From contig OZ244794.1 in NCBI GenBank assembly GCA_965219915.1, positions 849,118 to 913,117 of the forward strand: a DNA stretch of 64,000 nucleotides, given 5' to 3'. Below are positions 1 through 10,834 of the stretch, piece by piece. The notes under the pieces are model-generated. The model was not told the origin of the DNA. It ran no database searches and was given only the letters and a program-made list of their open reading frames with translations. The translations under genes were made by a program, and so were the position numbers. Origin of the DNA: Rhodothermales bacterium (GTDB lineage Bacteria; Bacteroidota; Rhodothermia; Rhodothermales; Bin80). Numbering within the stretch: position 1 is the stretch's first letter; every line of letters starts with the position of its first letter.

Positions 1-1
1 C

Positions 2-292
2 CATACGAGTGTGATGGGCCTGGAGGAAGTGACTTCGTTCTTTCACTACGGTTTATCTCAGTCTGCTGAAAGTAATTTGCTTGCGGATCAAGGTCATGCC
101 ACTTGTTTTCATCTGGATAGCATGGTTCCGATGGACGTACGTTACATAATGGCCGTTGCCGAGATCCCAGAGGGTTTTGATTGTGTTGAAACGATCACTA
201 TGGGTTTAGACGAGAGCGAAGTACTGTTGAGGTCCGCGAGTGGAACAGAGGTGAGCGTCCGCCTCGATCTGACCTTTCTTCAATCAGATTAA
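2..292 (+). CDS. hypothetical protein; 3' end of an ORF that is open to the window edge
   Basis: The frame is open from base 2 to the TAA at 290-292. It could instead start at GTG 11 or ATG 14. No family recognised. Confidence 0.3.
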   Translation, partial: HTSVMGLEEVTSFFHYGLSQSAESNLLADQGHATCFHLDSMVPMDVRYIMAVAEIPEGFDCVETITMGLDESEVLLRSASGTEVSVRLDLTFLQSD

Positions 293-677
293 GACGAGGT
301 TTTGTCTGTTTGCATCGGCAGGTTTTTGGTTGTGCGGGGAGTTTAGGCAATTTCCGATCTATTCAATAGACCTCCCAGATTCGGGTATACTATAGTCGGG
401 ACTACAAGAAGACTAGGTGTGTGCTTGTTTCCTTTCTATCACGGAGTCGATACACATGCTCTTTACTATGGCGGACCAACAAGAAGTACCGCACGATGCA
501 CCAGACCGTAATTTTGGCGGAATGTACCATGTGCCAGAGAGCGAGTAGTTGAGGGCAACAATGCGTACCGTCACTTCCCATGAACCACAGCAAGCCCATT
601 ACGCTATCTTCATTATTTAGTGTTGCGTAGTGACGAGGCAATTACTCCCCTTAACGCGAAATATTTGTGTTCAAAAA

Positions 678-1697
678 ATGTCCGATCAACATTCTCACTC
701 GCATGGTGACTCCCATTCTCATGAAGGGAGTGGTTTATTAGATGGTCATACGCATGACCTCCGAGGGACAAGCAAGCGACGCTTGGTGTGGGCAATGGTT
801 CTGGTTGTTGGCTACATGGTGGTTGAGATCGTAGCTAGCATTGTTTCTGGCAGTTTGGCTCTTTTGGCGCATGCGGGACATATGCTGACGGATGCACTTT
901 GTATTGGGATAGCGCTGGTAGCAATGCGTGTTGCGGAGAAAAGAGCCACAAAGCAGCACACCTACGGTTTCGAGCGCTATGAGGTTATGGCAGCGTTGGC
1001 TAATGCATTAGTTCTATGGCTGCTTGTTGGCGGGATTCTGATGGAAGCTTATGACCGTATTGTTGAACATGGACATGCTCATGATCATGGTCATGATCAT
1101 ACTCCCGATGGTTTGATCATGACGATTGTTGGTCTACTTGGTTTTGTGGTCCATTTTGGAGCAGCGGTAATCTTGCACAGATCAGTTGATCACAGCGTGA
1201 ATGTCGCGGGTGTCTACCAACATGTTAGAGCAGATCTACTAGGGTCGGTCGTGATTGCTATCTCTGGGGGGCTCATCTTGTGGAATCCGTGGGAATGGCT
1301 TGAGTTGTGGGTTGATCCAGTGCTTGGTGTAATACTGGGTATTGTGATCCTTGGTGGTACTTGGGGGCTCTTGAAACAGGTGTTCAGAGTTCTCTTGGAA
1401 GGGGTACCTAAGCATATTGACGTTCATGCACTATGTCGTTCAATTGAAACGCTACCGGGTGTGGTGGTTATTCACGACATACATGTTTGGACGCTTTCGC
1501 AGGGCAGTGATGCTCTGACTGCACATGTAGTAATTGGTGAACACGTGACCGATCGGGAAGCGATGCTTGATCAGCTCAAGAAGATTGTATCGGACCAGTA
1601 CAAAATCAATCATATGACAATCCAGCTGGAGTCCAATGTGGCGAGATGCACCGAGGATCACCATGTAGATAATTTGCTGGCGCTTGTAGACTCCTGA
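678..1697 (+). CDS. czcD: cation diffusion facilitator (Zn/Co/Cd efflux, CzcD/ZitB-like)
   Basis: Start placed at ATG 678 (MSDQHSHSHGDSHSHEG). His-rich N-terminus, His-rich loop EHGHAHDHGHDH, about 6 hydrophobic helices, and a C-terminal cytoplasmic domain (VVIHDIHVWTLSQG) typical of CDF transporters. Confidence 0.9.
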   Translation: MSDQHSHSHGDSHSHEGSGLLDGHTHDLRGTSKRRLVWAMVLVVGYMVVEIVASIVSGSLALLAHAGHMLTDALCIGIALVAMRVAEKRATKQHTYGFERYEVMAALANALVLWLLVGGILMEAYDRIVEHGHAHDHGHDHTPDGLIMTIVGLLGFVVHFGAAVILHRSVDHSVNVAGVYQHVRADLLGSVVIAISGGLILWNPWEWLELWVDPVLGVILGIVILGGTWGLLKQVFRVLLEGVPKHIDVHALCRSIETLPGVVVIHDIHVWTLSQGSDALTAHVVIGEHVTDREAMLDQLKKIVSDQYKINHMTIQLESNVARCTEDHHVDNLLALVDS

Positions 1698-1918
1698 TAC
1701 TCATCTCGGATCAAGCAAAGGGCATCCCCTCTCAAGCTGTGAAGGCCGTAACCCGCGTACGAGTCCAAATTTTATAGTGGAAAACAGTAGTTCAGCTCCG
1801 GTATTGAGTACAATCTGCGGTATGCTCAAGCAGATACAAACATCACTGTTATCTGGTCAGGATGCACATCCAACAAAACTGCAAAAATCCATATAGATCT
1901 GGAATCCGACAAGGATAA

Positions 1919-2863
1919 TCAGGCCTTGCGCTCATAGGCATCAATGATAGCCTTGACCAGTCGGTGTCGTACCACATCAATCTTTTTGAAATACACGAAT
2001 TCAATATCTCTGATATCTTGGAGGATAGACTGGGCTTCCACTAGCCCACTCTGCTGTGCGTCCTGAAGATCGATTTGTGTGATATCTCCGGTAACAATGG
2101 TTTGGCTGCTTACCCCCAGTCGCGTGAGAAACATCTTCATCTGTAGTGCTGTTGCGTTCTGGGCTTCATCCAGAATAACAAATGAGGAATTCAGGGTACG
2201 GCCGCGCATAAAGGCCAGGGGCACAATTTCTATAACATGATCCTCCAGATGCGTGGTAAGTTTTTCTGTTGGCAAAAATTCTTCCAGTGCATCGTACAGG
2301 GGGCGCAAGTATGGATCAACCTTATCGCGAAAGTCACCAGGAAGGAAGCCAAGCCGTTCCCCGGCCTCAACAGCAGGCCGGCATAGAACGATACGTTTAA
2401 CTTTTCTGGCTTTCAGTGCTGCTACGGCAAGTGCTACGGCCATATAAGTCTTTCCGGTGCCTGCCGGGCCGATTGCAAACACAATATCATTGTTGTGCGA
2501 AGCTTCAACCAATTCGGCTTGTCCAGGGGTTTTTGTCCTGATCATTCCCCCGGATGGTGTATATAACACCACAGACCCCACCTTTTTATTGGATTGACGG
2601 GGGTTTGCGGTTGCCATTGCCAGTATGGTGTCAAGATCTCCAGCGGTCACGGCTCCGTTACGGTCTGCAACGGAAGCCAATTCGTCAAATGCGTGCACAA
2701 TTGAGTCAAGCGTGGTACTGGGGCCACGAAGGCGGACCTGATTATTCCGCGCAATGATTTTGGTGTCCGGAAAGGCAGCCTCGATCCGTTTCAGATGCAC
2801 GTCATGCGTGCCGAAGAGTAAAAGGGGATCGGTGTGATCAAGCGTGAGTGTAGTTTCTGCCAA
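1919..2863 (-). CDS. phoH: PhoH-family ATPase
   Basis: Walker A GPAGTGKTY, ILDEAQN, and length and layout typical of PhoH-like proteins. Confidence 0.9.
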   Translation of the reverse strand: MAETTLTLDHTDPLLLFGTHDVHLKRIEAAFPDTKIIARNNQVRLRGPSTTLDSIVHAFDELASVADRNGAVTAGDLDTILAMATANPRQSNKKVGSVVLYTPSGGMIRTKTPGQAELVEASHNNDIVFAIGPAGTGKTYMAVALAVAALKARKVKRIVLCRPAVEAGERLGFLPGDFRDKVDPYLRPLYDALEEFLPTEKLTTHLEDHVIEIVPLAFMRGRTLNSSFVILDEAQNATALQMKMFLTRLGVSSQTIVTGDITQIDLQDAQQSGLVEAQSILQDIRDIEFVYFKKIDVVRHRLVKAIIDAYERKA

Positions 2864-2935
2864 TTGTTATGATGTCCGGTGTCGGCGAGTATTGCTTTCA
2901 CGGATCAAACTGAACTGAAGTACAGAAGTTGCCAA

Positions 2936-3790
2936 ATGAAGCGTGCTTTGATTGTTGAATTCACTAAAATGAATGGTGCCGGTAATGACTTCATCGTACT
3001 GGACAACCGCTTCTATGAATTCTCCCTGTCGGAATTATCCATGTTGGCAAGGGAATCATGCCCGCGGCGGACTGGTATCGGTGCGGATGGAGTCCTAGCA
3101 CTGGCTACCCCTACCCATGCAGAGGTCGATTACAGAATGATTTATGTCAATGCGGACGGTAGCGAAGGTACTATGTGCGGCAATGGAGCGCGGTGCCTAG
3201 CCCGATTTGCGCGGGAGGGTGGCTTTAACAAGAAGGTTGTATGTATGCAGACCGCTTCAGGATTATGTGAAGTGCGCGTTCCTGGTGAGGAGGACGCCCC
3301 CATTCGTGTCTATTTGGATGCCCCCCAGAACTACCGTGACGCCCCAAATTTGGCAAATCAGATTCCGAACGGAATCCGTTCTGTACATTATCTGTGGCCA
3401 GGCACCGAACATTTGGTTTGCCTTGTGGACAATGTGAGTCAACTTCCGTTAAGCAGTTGGGGGGCCGCACTTCGCAGTGATCCGATGCTCGGGCCTGCAG
3501 GAGCTAACGTTAATTTTGTGGCCATTGACTCCAATGCCGACAACACACGGTTGCACGTGCGTACATACGAGAAGGGCGTTGAAGCGGAAACCCTTGCCTG
3601 TGGAACGGGTGCCATTGCAAGCGCAGTGGTTGCGCGCAAGTCAGGCCTGCTTATTTCAGATGTCTATACTGTACAAATGCCAGGTGGCGTGCTCAAAGTT
3701 GGTTTGGAAACAAATCGCGTGTATCTGGAAGGGCCCGCCGATAAGATTTACCGTGGTTCAATGGAGTTTGTGTTTCCTGACCCGAAATAG
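2936..3790 (+). CDS. dapF: diaminopimelate epimerase
   Basis: NGAGNDFIVLDNR plus the two catalytic-Cys motifs MCGNGARC and LACGTGA. Start moved to ATG 2936 (MKRALIVEF). Confidence 0.9.
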   Translation: MKRALIVEFTKMNGAGNDFIVLDNRFYEFSLSELSMLARESCPRRTGIGADGVLALATPTHAEVDYRMIYVNADGSEGTMCGNGARCLARFAREGGFNKKVVCMQTASGLCEVRVPGEEDAPIRVYLDAPQNYRDAPNLANQIPNGIRSVHYLWPGTEHLVCLVDNVSQLPLSSWGAALRSDPMLGPAGANVNFVAIDSNADNTRLHVRTYEKGVEAETLACGTGAIASAVVARKSGLLISDVYTVQMPGGVLKVGLETNRVYLEGPADKIYRGSMEFVFPDPK

Positions 3791-3854
3791 CAACACATTC
3801 CAGATACTCGCGTAACTGAATGAGGCTACCGTCGACAACTGAATCCCCTTTAAG

Positions 3855-5138
3855 ATGAAACGTATTTTTCTATTATCGAGCTGGTTACTGCTGGTTCTGA
3901 TTCTTGCAGCCGCTGATGGTTGCGGGAGCGATCCGAATGTCGAAGGTGCCCGTCTGGATCTGCGGAACAAGGACTATGATCGCGCTCTAACCAACATCAA
4001 CAAAGCCTTGGAAAATAATCCGGACAACCTGGATGCGCTGGTGCTGAAGGGGGATATTATTTTCGAGATGCTTCCCGATGTATACGATCAGGACGAGCGA
4101 ACAGCGTATATCGGAGAGTTACTTGGTGCCTACGCTCAGTCTGTGATGCTGGATTCTGTTAATGCTCCACACAAAGACAGACAGCTTGCCATCCTCTACG
4201 TCAATGAGTTTACCTCTGCGATGGCGATATATGAGGATGCAGAGCAGTTGGGTGGAAAGGAGCGTGCGAGAGGGTTCGTTTCAGCTGCACGCCGTTTCCG
4301 GAATGCTTCAATGGTAGCTCCAGATTCGATGGATGCTTTCATAAATGAAGCGTACGCATACTACGGTGCTGGAATGGCTCGTGACGCCGCGGATACCTTT
4401 GAGGCGGCAATTGCCAATGGGCACACCAATCGTGAGTTGTTCATTCAATTGGCGCGGACCTATGAGTTGATTGCGACTGAGTCGGCGGATCCTCAAGCAC
4501 AACCTAGGAATTATCGCGAAGCCGTCAGGACACTCAGCGAAGCACACGAACGTTACCCAGACGACGGCGAAATCCGAAAACTCCTGCTGAATGCATATGC
4601 TATGGCGGATATGAGTGACGCGGCATTGTCTTTTTTTGAAGAGGTCCATCCATTGGAGAGGGACAACAAAATATTTCTCTACAACTATGGAACACTACTA
4701 CTGCGCCAGCAGGATTACGAGCGGGCCATAGATATGCTGATGGAGGCGGTTGCACTCGATTCGTCTTATACAAATGCGTTGTTTAACCTTGGAGCAGCCT
4801 ACGTTAACAGTGGATTCAGTGTGGATGAGCGCTACCAGGCCGTGGAGGACTCGCTGCAGAATGGCGGTAGGATTGCCTCACAGCAAATTGCTGAGATGGA
4901 AGCCCGGAAGGATGAACTTGGACAGTTGAAGCAGCAGTTATTCGGACAGGCGATCAAATACTTTGAGGCGGCCAATGACCTAGTCGAGCGTGATCTGGGA
5001 GATACAAGTGAGATTTGTGACGCGCTCTACAGAGCGTATATGCAAACTAATCAGCGTTCTCGCGCGGAAGAGGCCCGGATCTGTGCCGAACAACAGGGCG
5101 CTCAAGCTTTGCCTGGGCGCTCGGAGGACCGGTTTTAA
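3855..5138 (+). CDS. TPR-repeat secreted protein or lipoprotein
   Basis: N-terminal signal peptide (LLLVLILAAADGC) and repeated TPR-like helical pairs (ALENNPDNLDALVLKGDI, AVALDSSYTNALFNLGAAY). Confidence 0.7.
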   Translation: MKRIFLLSSWLLLVLILAAADGCGSDPNVEGARLDLRNKDYDRALTNINKALENNPDNLDALVLKGDIIFEMLPDVYDQDERTAYIGELLGAYAQSVMLDSVNAPHKDRQLAILYVNEFTSAMAIYEDAEQLGGKERARGFVSAARRFRNASMVAPDSMDAFINEAYAYYGAGMARDAADTFEAAIANGHTNRELFIQLARTYELIATESADPQAQPRNYREAVRTLSEAHERYPDDGEIRKLLLNAYAMADMSDAALSFFEEVHPLERDNKIFLYNYGTLLLRQQDYERAIDMLMEAVALDSSYTNALFNLGAAYVNSGFSVDERYQAVEDSLQNGGRIASQQIAEMEARKDELGQLKQQLFGQAIKYFEAANDLVERDLGDTSEICDALYRAYMQTNQRSRAEEARICAEQQGAQALPGRSEDRF

Positions 5139-5154
5139 TCAACTCATCCAACCC

Positions 5155-6300
5155 ATGCGTTTTGCAACGCTGGCTGTGCACGCTGGCCAGAGCCCGGATC
5201 GTGCAACCGGGGCAGTTATGCCTCCCATATATCAAACGGCAACGTACGTGCAGCCTCCCGAGGGCGAGACAACTGCGTACGAGTATGGGCGGGCTGCCAA
5301 TCCAACACGGACGGTACTTGAGAACAACCTTGCGGGGTTGGAAGGTGCGTCGCATGGCATAGCATTCGCATCTGGCATGTCTGCGACGGATGCTATTCTG
5401 CGAGCATTGCGTCCGGGGGATCATATCATTGCCTCAGAGGACATGTATGGAGGCAACTATCGCTACTTGAAGCTGGTGTTGGCTCCGATGGGCGTACGTG
5501 TTACGTTTACTGATCTGACAAGGATAGAAGTGCTTGCGCAGGCAGTTACGTCTCAGACAAAGGTAATCTGGGTTGAATCTCCAACAAATCCATTGATCCA
5601 GATTGTTGACCTTAGCGCAGTTTGTGCGTGTGCGCAATTGGCCGGAGCCGCCGTGGTTGTTGATAATACCTTCGCCTCGCCATACCTGCAGCAACCACTT
5701 TCTTTTGGAGCAGATATGGTTCTGCATTCAACCACAAAATACTTGGGTGGCCATTCGGATATCGTTGGAGGCTTCGTTTGCACCAATGACGAGAAATGGA
5801 CGGATCATCTACGATTCCAGGTCAAATGTGTGGGAGCGATTCCTGGGCCGATGGATTGTTTTTTGGCGCTTCGAGGCACAAAAACTCTCCACATAAGGAT
5901 GGATCGTCATTGTACGAATGCTCGAAAGATTGCCACATATCTGGACGGACATCCCAAGGTAGTGCAGGTTAACTACCCCGGGCTGGAATCGCACCCTGGG
6001 CATGCGTTGGCTAAGTCACAAATGAATGATTTTGGTGGCATGCTGTCCATGACGCTCAAGACATCCTCATCAAGTCAGGCGAGGAGGGTACTGCAGTCTC
6101 TGCGCGTGTTCGCCTTTGCAGAGAGTCTTGGCGGGGTAGAAAGCCTGGCAGGACATCCGGCGACCATGTCGCACGGTGCACTTAGCTCAGAGGAACGTGC
6201 CCGGCTTGGAGTAACGGATAACCTGGTTCGGTTATCGGTCGGGATTGAGGACTCAGAGGATTTGCTGGAGGACCTGGAGCAGGCGCTAAGTCAGATTTAG
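5155..6300 (+). CDS. Cys/Met-metabolism PLP enzyme (cystathionine gamma-lyase / gamma-synthase / beta-lyase family)
   Basis: Start at ATG 5155 (MRFATLAVHAGQ). PLP-lysine region HSTTKYLGGHSD. C-terminal LVRLSVGIED is typical of the family. Confidence 0.9.
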   Translation: MRFATLAVHAGQSPDRATGAVMPPIYQTATYVQPPEGETTAYEYGRAANPTRTVLENNLAGLEGASHGIAFASGMSATDAILRALRPGDHIIASEDMYGGNYRYLKLVLAPMGVRVTFTDLTRIEVLAQAVTSQTKVIWVESPTNPLIQIVDLSAVCACAQLAGAAVVVDNTFASPYLQQPLSFGADMVLHSTTKYLGGHSDIVGGFVCTNDEKWTDHLRFQVKCVGAIPGPMDCFLALRGTKTLHIRMDRHCTNARKIATYLDGHPKVVQVNYPGLESHPGHALAKSQMNDFGGMLSMTLKTSSSSQARRVLQSLRVFAFAESLGGVESLAGHPATMSHGALSSEERARLGVTDNLVRLSVGIEDSEDLLEDLEQALSQI

Positions 6301-6344
6301 AGGATCCGTCACGCACTGATTGCATACCAAAACTCACGTTGGGC

Positions 6345-8429
6345 CTATTGTAGGGGCAGTAGATCCGTTCGTAAATCTTCTATTTTGGCAGATTCGCGCA
6401 GCGAAGAGATCCAATCCCTGAGCATAGCGGTCTGCTGCTCACTGGACAGGTCATTCTTCAGGTTGTTCAATTCGTCGTCTGAGATCTCGACTGGCTCAAA
6501 TACATCCATCACGCGCACCACATACGTACCATTCTCCCCTTCGATCACGCCGGAATCTTCTTCCGCTTCCAGACCCAGCACTATGCCGACAAAATGATAA
6601 TCTCGTCCTAATCCGCTAATGATGGGACTCTGAAACGATACACCAGATGCAATTTGTGGCGTAATGTCGAGTGCATCAGCAAGGCCATCGTATCCGCCAG
6701 ACTCATATGCTCCGCGTAGTAGGGTAACCTGATGATCACGCTTCTTCTGAAGGAGGGCCAGCTGTCTAACCTGGGGCTCAACCGTATCAAATGGTTCATA
6801 TCCGGCTTCTTCAATGTCAACCACCTGAACTACGAGAGCCACATCATCAAGCTCAATAACGGGGCTGATCTCTCCGACATCTGAATCGCGCAGAAAAGCT
6901 TCCATCGCGAAACTCTGACCAAATCCGGGGAACGCCGTCTGTCCATCCTGGACCTGCAAGACCTGGAGTTCAATGTTTCTCCGGCTAGCCTCGCCTACGA
7001 AGTCTCCCTCCTCATCGGCGTAGTAGGCCAAGTCTTCCAGTGCTTCCTGGATATTGTTCAGCGTCGCGACAGAGACGTCAATGGTGTAGGCCAGTTGTGC
7101 CAGTTGCACATCCACGGTTGCGCGGTGGTTCACTTCAATCAGGTGTAAACCAAAGTCAGTTTCGACCGGGCCGACAAGTGTTCCGATACTTGCACCGAAG
7201 GCAGCCTCTTCAAAGGGCGCTACCATTCTGCCTGGCCCAAACCAGCCCAGATCTCCGCCATTAGATCCACTGCCAGGATCATCGCTCATTTGTGCGGCAA
7301 CCGCGGCAAAATCCTCGCCGGCCTGTATTCTTCTCCGAATATCCTGAATTGCGGCCGGGTTTTCTTTATCGTTCAGGAGAATGTGACGGGCCCGGACGTG
7401 TGTGTCTTCTGCGGGGCGTGTGTCGGTGACTTTGATGAGTTGTGCCTGACCGTTCACGATAATCGGTCCAATCACGTCCCCGGTCTGTGGCACGTCACCC
7501 TGTTCAAACAAGCTTCTCGCTATTTCGGGTGCTAAGGTGGAAGCGCTATGGAAATTGTCCGACCAGCTAATTTCACTCCCCGACTGCGCAAGGAATAACG
7601 AATCGTTTTGGGCTTCTTCAAGCCCCTGCTGCAGACGTTCAAGCTCTCGCATGATCGCAAGGGTATCCTCGCTTGCAGGCAGCCGTGACAGCGATGCAAT
7701 CTGAATCGTGTACAGGCGTTCACGCGCATAGTCTTCTTGATTATCTGAATAATATCGCCGCACATCGCGGTCGGTCACGGAAACCAGAGAATCAGGAACA
7801 TCCGCATACTGCAGGAGGAAAAATTCAGCGTTCGCACTTTTTTGCTGCAGCACCCAAGCGTGCTTTGCATCAGCATCCGAGGCACGCGCTGTGGCTCCCA
7901 GAAGCTGATTAAACCGCTGTTCGCGGCGGGAAAGCCGAATAAACTGTTCGATCTGAATCACTGTCTGCCGCTGTGCGGGATCGTCAATAACATTCTGTAG
8001 AAGTGCACGGTTAATGCCACCGGCGCCGTCGGAGAAATTCTGGCGTATGAGCCAGTGGGGGTTTTCGCCAAGGATCAACTCTCTAACCTCGGCGTCACTG
8101 ACCGTGACACCGATATCATCCATCACACGTTCGCGCAGACTGTTTTCCACCAAAGCATTATAGGCCCGTTCACGTTCAAGCTCTAATTGCTGTGGTGTTA
8201 CGTTGCCGTTGTTGGTCCGCCTGATCTGCTCAAGTTGCGCCTCCAGTTGCCGGCTGTAAACATCGCGGGTGATGGGATCGCCATTGACGATGATGACTTT
8301 GCCCAAAGGATCCGTGCCGATAGTATCGAAAACGCCAGAGTCCTGGAGCACCCACAGGCCACCGAAGGAGATCACGAGAACCCACAGGACCACGCCCGTG
8401 TTTTCCCGCATGCGATTCATTGTACCCAT
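6345..8429 (-). CDS. ppiD: membrane-anchored periplasmic chaperone / peptidyl-prolyl isomerase (PpiD/SurA-like)
   Basis: N-terminal TM anchor (VVLWVLVISFGGLWV), a long SurA-N-like region, and a parvulin motif ARHILL...GGDLGWFGPGRMVAPFEEAAF. The start could be ATG 8420. Confidence 0.8.
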   Translation of the reverse strand: MGTMNRMRENTGVVLWVLVISFGGLWVLQDSGVFDTIGTDPLGKVIIVNGDPITRDVYSRQLEAQLEQIRRTNNGNVTPQQLELERERAYNALVENSLRERVMDDIGVTVSDAEVRELILGENPHWLIRQNFSDGAGGINRALLQNVIDDPAQRQTVIQIEQFIRLSRREQRFNQLLGATARASDADAKHAWVLQQKSANAEFFLLQYADVPDSLVSVTDRDVRRYYSDNQEDYARERLYTIQIASLSRLPASEDTLAIMRELERLQQGLEEAQNDSLFLAQSGSEISWSDNFHSASTLAPEIARSLFEQGDVPQTGDVIGPIIVNGQAQLIKVTDTRPAEDTHVRARHILLNDKENPAAIQDIRRRIQAGEDFAAVAAQMSDDPGSGSNGGDLGWFGPGRMVAPFEEAAFGASIGTLVGPVETDFGLHLIEVNHRATVDVQLAQLAYTIDVSVATLNNIQEALEDLAYYADEEGDFVGEASRRNIELQVLQVQDGQTAFPGFGQSFAMEAFLRDSDVGEISPVIELDDVALVVQVVDIEEAGYEPFDTVEPQVRQLALLQKKRDHQVTLLRGAYESGGYDGLADALDITPQIASGVSFQSPIISGLGRDYHFVGIVLGLEAEEDSGVIEGENGTYVVRVMDVFEPVEISDDELNNLKNDLSSEQQTAMLRDWISSLRESAKIEDLRTDLLPLQ

Positions 8430-8477
8430 TGGGCGACTTTGCTTTTTGCTTGCTTATACCCTGGTGATAACTCAGAC

Positions 8478-8738
8478 CTAAGCAACAAGAGGATCCACGT
8501 GTACGATCTTGCGGTCCTTACGGCCGCTCGCAAAACGAACGACTCCTGTCGTGCGAGCAAAGAGTGTATCATCACCTCCGCGGCCGACATTATCGCCTGG
8601 ATGGACGCGGGTGCCTCGTTGCCGCACAATGATACCACCGGCCAGAATCTGTTGTCCGGCATAAACCTTGACGCCAAGCATCTTGGGCTTGGAGTCACGG
8701 CCATTCTTGGTGGAGCCTACGCCTTTCTTGTGTGCCAT
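8478..8738 (-). CDS. rpmA: 50S ribosomal protein L27
   Basis: [24 protein letters not shown]... Start trimmed to ATG 8738. Confidence 0.95.
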   Translation of the reverse strand: MAHKKGVGSTKNGRDSKPKMLGVKVYAGQQILAGGIIVRQRGTRVHPGDNVGRGGDDTLFARTTGVVRFASGRKDRKIVHVDPLVA

Positions 8739-8748
8739 ATTTATCTGG

Positions 8749-9075
8749 TCAGTCTGTTTCGCCAGCAGAAAGTGACGAAATCCGAATTTGTGTATACCGC
8801 TGGCGGTGGCCACGCTTGACCTTGTACCGCTTGCGGCGCTTTTTCTTAAAGACGATAATCTTATCCCCCCTCACGTGTTGAATTACCTCACCAGACACAT
8901 GTGCGCCATCTACATGAGGGCGCCCCACCTTAACCTTATCGCCATCGGCGAGTAAGAGGACCTCCGAGAATCGGAGTGTATCTCCTTCGTTGGACCCAGA
9001 GGTGTACGGGATAAAAAGCGTATCCTTTTCGGCGACGCGATACTGCTTTCCGCCGATGCTGACTACTGCGAACAT
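8749..9075 (-). CDS. rplU: 50S ribosomal protein L21
   Basis: [20 protein letters not shown]..., immediately upstream of rpmA. Confidence 0.95.
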   Translation of the reverse strand: MFAVVSIGGKQYRVAEKDTLFIPYTSGSNEGDTLRFSEVLLLADGDKVKVGRPHVDGAHVSGEVIQHVRGDKIIVFKKKRRKRYKVKRGHRQRYTQIRISSLSAGETD

Positions 9076-9174
9076 TTATTACCTACTTTGCTTGTGGAGC
9101 GCTTTTATTGGCGCGAAAGTTTTCCGGCAGCCCAGTGGAATACCTAAACCCAAATTTGGTTCCCCTCTAATTTG

Positions 9175-9828
9175 ATGACGCTGACTGATCCATCCACAAA
9201 GGAACGCCTGCATGTGGGCAAGGTGTTGTGCATCGGCCGCAATTATGCTCGACATGCAGCGGAGATGGGAGCCGCTGTTCCCAAGAGTCCTGTAGTATTC
9301 CTTAAACCATCGACTGCGATCGTGCGCACACAGGGTTCTGTGGTGCTGCCTGCAATGACCTCGGATGTACATCACGAAGTGGAGTTGGTGGTTCTAATCG
9401 GACCCGGAGGTATCAATATTCGGGAATCCGAAGCTCTTGATCATGTGATGGCATATGCTGTGGGGTTGGACATGACCGCGCGGGATCTTCAGTCCGAGGC
9501 AAAGAAGAAAGGGAGGCCATGGAGCATCGCTAAGGGATTTGATACGTTTGCACCGCTTGGACCGCTGGTTCCGGCGGACGAGGTTACCGATCCTCAGGCG
9601 CTGACGTTATCGCTCAAAGTAAATGGTATGGTTAGGCAGCATGGGCATACGGGAGATATGATTTTCACAGTTGCCCAACTCATATCCTTCTGCTCCAGGG
9701 TTTTCACACTTGAGCCTGGAGATCTGCTGTATACTGGCACGCCGGAAGGTGTGGGTCCGGTGATATCAGGAGATCAACTGGAAGCAGGCTGTACGGGGTT
9801 GCCGTCACTCACAGTTACAGTAGTCTGA
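9175..9828 (+). CDS. fumarylacetoacetate hydrolase (FAH) family protein
   Basis: KVLCIGRNYARHAAEMG, VVFLKPSTAIV, HEVELVVLIG, GDLLYTGTPEGVG. Confidence 0.85.
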   Translation: MTLTDPSTKERLHVGKVLCIGRNYARHAAEMGAAVPKSPVVFLKPSTAIVRTQGSVVLPAMTSDVHHEVELVVLIGPGGINIRESEALDHVMAYAVGLDMTARDLQSEAKKKGRPWSIAKGFDTFAPLGPLVPADEVTDPQALTLSLKVNGMVRQHGHTGDMIFTVAQLISFCSRVFTLEPGDLLYTGTPEGVGPVISGDQLEAGCTGLPSLTVTVV

Positions 9829-10834
9829 GCGCGCGTGCAATAGACTCCACGGCAGTATCAATATCCTTTGAGGACACATCTCTGTGGACGGTAGCCCGCA
9901 TCGTGGTCGGCCCGACGGGCACCATAGCGACGCCTTCGGAATGGATGTGTTTTAGCAGAGGACCAACCGGTTGCCCTCCCAGATTGATGAGTACGATGTT
10001 TGTTTCAGGAGGGCGCACATCAATGCCATCCATCGTGGCCAGCCCCTCTGCCAGATGTCGGGCATTGGCATGATCCTGCTCCAGATCCCCCAAATGGTGT
10101 TCCAGGGCATACAGGCCGGCTGCTGCCAGGACCCCCAGTTGGCGCATTCCGGCTCCCAGTTCTTTTCGACGCCGATGCGCACGCTCAATGGTCTCTCTTG
10201 TACCGGCAAAGACTGATCCGACTGGCGCGCCCAGTCCCTTCGATAGACATACAGTGACCGTGTCAAAGGGAGCCGCATAGTCCTTTACTGGAATGCCTGT
10301 TGCGACGGAGGCATTCCACAGTCTAGCACCATCAAGATGGCAAGACAGTCCGCGGTTGTGTGCATAGTCCGCCAGATCTGTCAGTTGTGGGAGCGGAAAA
10401 AGCAGTCCACCGGCGATATTAAGTGTATTCTCAAGGCACAAAAGAGCGGAACGGGACTCCCAGTAATGTCCGTGTCTTAACGCACCGTGCAACTGTTCCG
10501 TTGTGAACCTGCCTTCTTGACCATTGATGGGATGTAGTGTAACCCCACACAAGCTACTGGATGAACCAGATTCATAGTTGAAAATGTGACTCTGCCGCTC
10601 AAGAATTACTTCGTCCCCGGGGCGGGTGTGAACGTAAATACCCAGTTGATTCCCCATCATGCCCGAGGGGACAAAGAGGGCAGCCTCTTTGCCGAGCATA
10701 GTGGCAACAGTGTTTTGCAACGCGATGGCAGTTGGGTCTTCCCCAAACACATCGTCTCCTACTTCCGCTGCTGCCATGGCACGACGCATACCCGGAGAGG
10801 GGCGTGTAACCGTGTCACTGCGCAGGTCAACCAT
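9815..10834 (-). CDS. ltaE: low-specificity L-threonine aldolase
   Basis: [20 protein letters not shown]...[10 protein letters not shown] and the [15 protein letters not shown]-lysine region. Its start ATG overlaps the greA stop as TAATG. Confidence 0.9.
   Translation of the reverse strand: MVDLRSDTVTRPSPGMRRAMAAAEVGDDVFGEDPTAIALQNTVATMLGKEAALFVPSGMMGNQLGIYVHTRPGDEVILERQSHIFNYESGSSSSLCGVTLHPINGQEGRFTTEQLHGALRHGHYWESRSALLCLENTLNIAGGLLFPLPQLTDLADYAHNRGLSCHLDGARLWNASVATGIPVKDYAAPFDTVTVCLSKGLGAPVGSVFAGTRETIERAHRRRKELGAGMRQLGVLAAAGLYALEHHLGDLEQDHANARHLAEGLATMDGIDVRPPETNIVLINLGGQPVGPLLKHIHSEGVAMVPVGPTTMRATVHRDVSSKDIDTAVESIARALRLL

Noticed and set aside
293-677. 385-bp non-coding region upstream of czcD, checked for a metal riboswitch (czcD/NiCo motif), another structured RNA, or the 79-aa ORF at 402-641 on the minus strand.
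   Set aside because: I could not recognise the conserved NiCo junction sequences or any convincing nested helices by eye. The 79-aa ORF has no family resemblance and an odd Cys/Trp/His-rich composition. An Infernal/Rfam scan is needed before claiming anything.
4990-5154. N-terminal extensions offered by the ORF track for the PLP enzyme. The same applies to dapF (2879), rpmA (8813), dacB (25634), mreB (27611), purN (29913), the wbqC-like gene (30757), the PorV-like gene (43076), CRTAC1 paralog 2 (45940), the hydrolase (50641) and the LRR gene (54449).
   Set aside because: The extensions overlap upstream genes or precede the point where family homology or the signal peptide begins. Internal ATGs give proteins with canonical N-termini.
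8187-8819. 210-aa plus-strand ORF spanning the ppiD start, rpmA and part of rplU. Similar long antisense ORFs occur at, for example, 21708-22301, 18760-19203, 13603-13980, 23497-24006 and 27033-27506.
   Set aside because: They lie antisense to, or out of frame with, genes that have unambiguous family signatures. Their compositions are low-complexity and Arg/Ser/Pro-rich. They look like shadow ORFs.
9076-9171. Possible ribosomal-protein leader or promoter upstream of rplU.
   Set aside because: I could not identify a convincing structured leader or a clean TAnnTTTG-type -7 element, so no regulatory feature is called.
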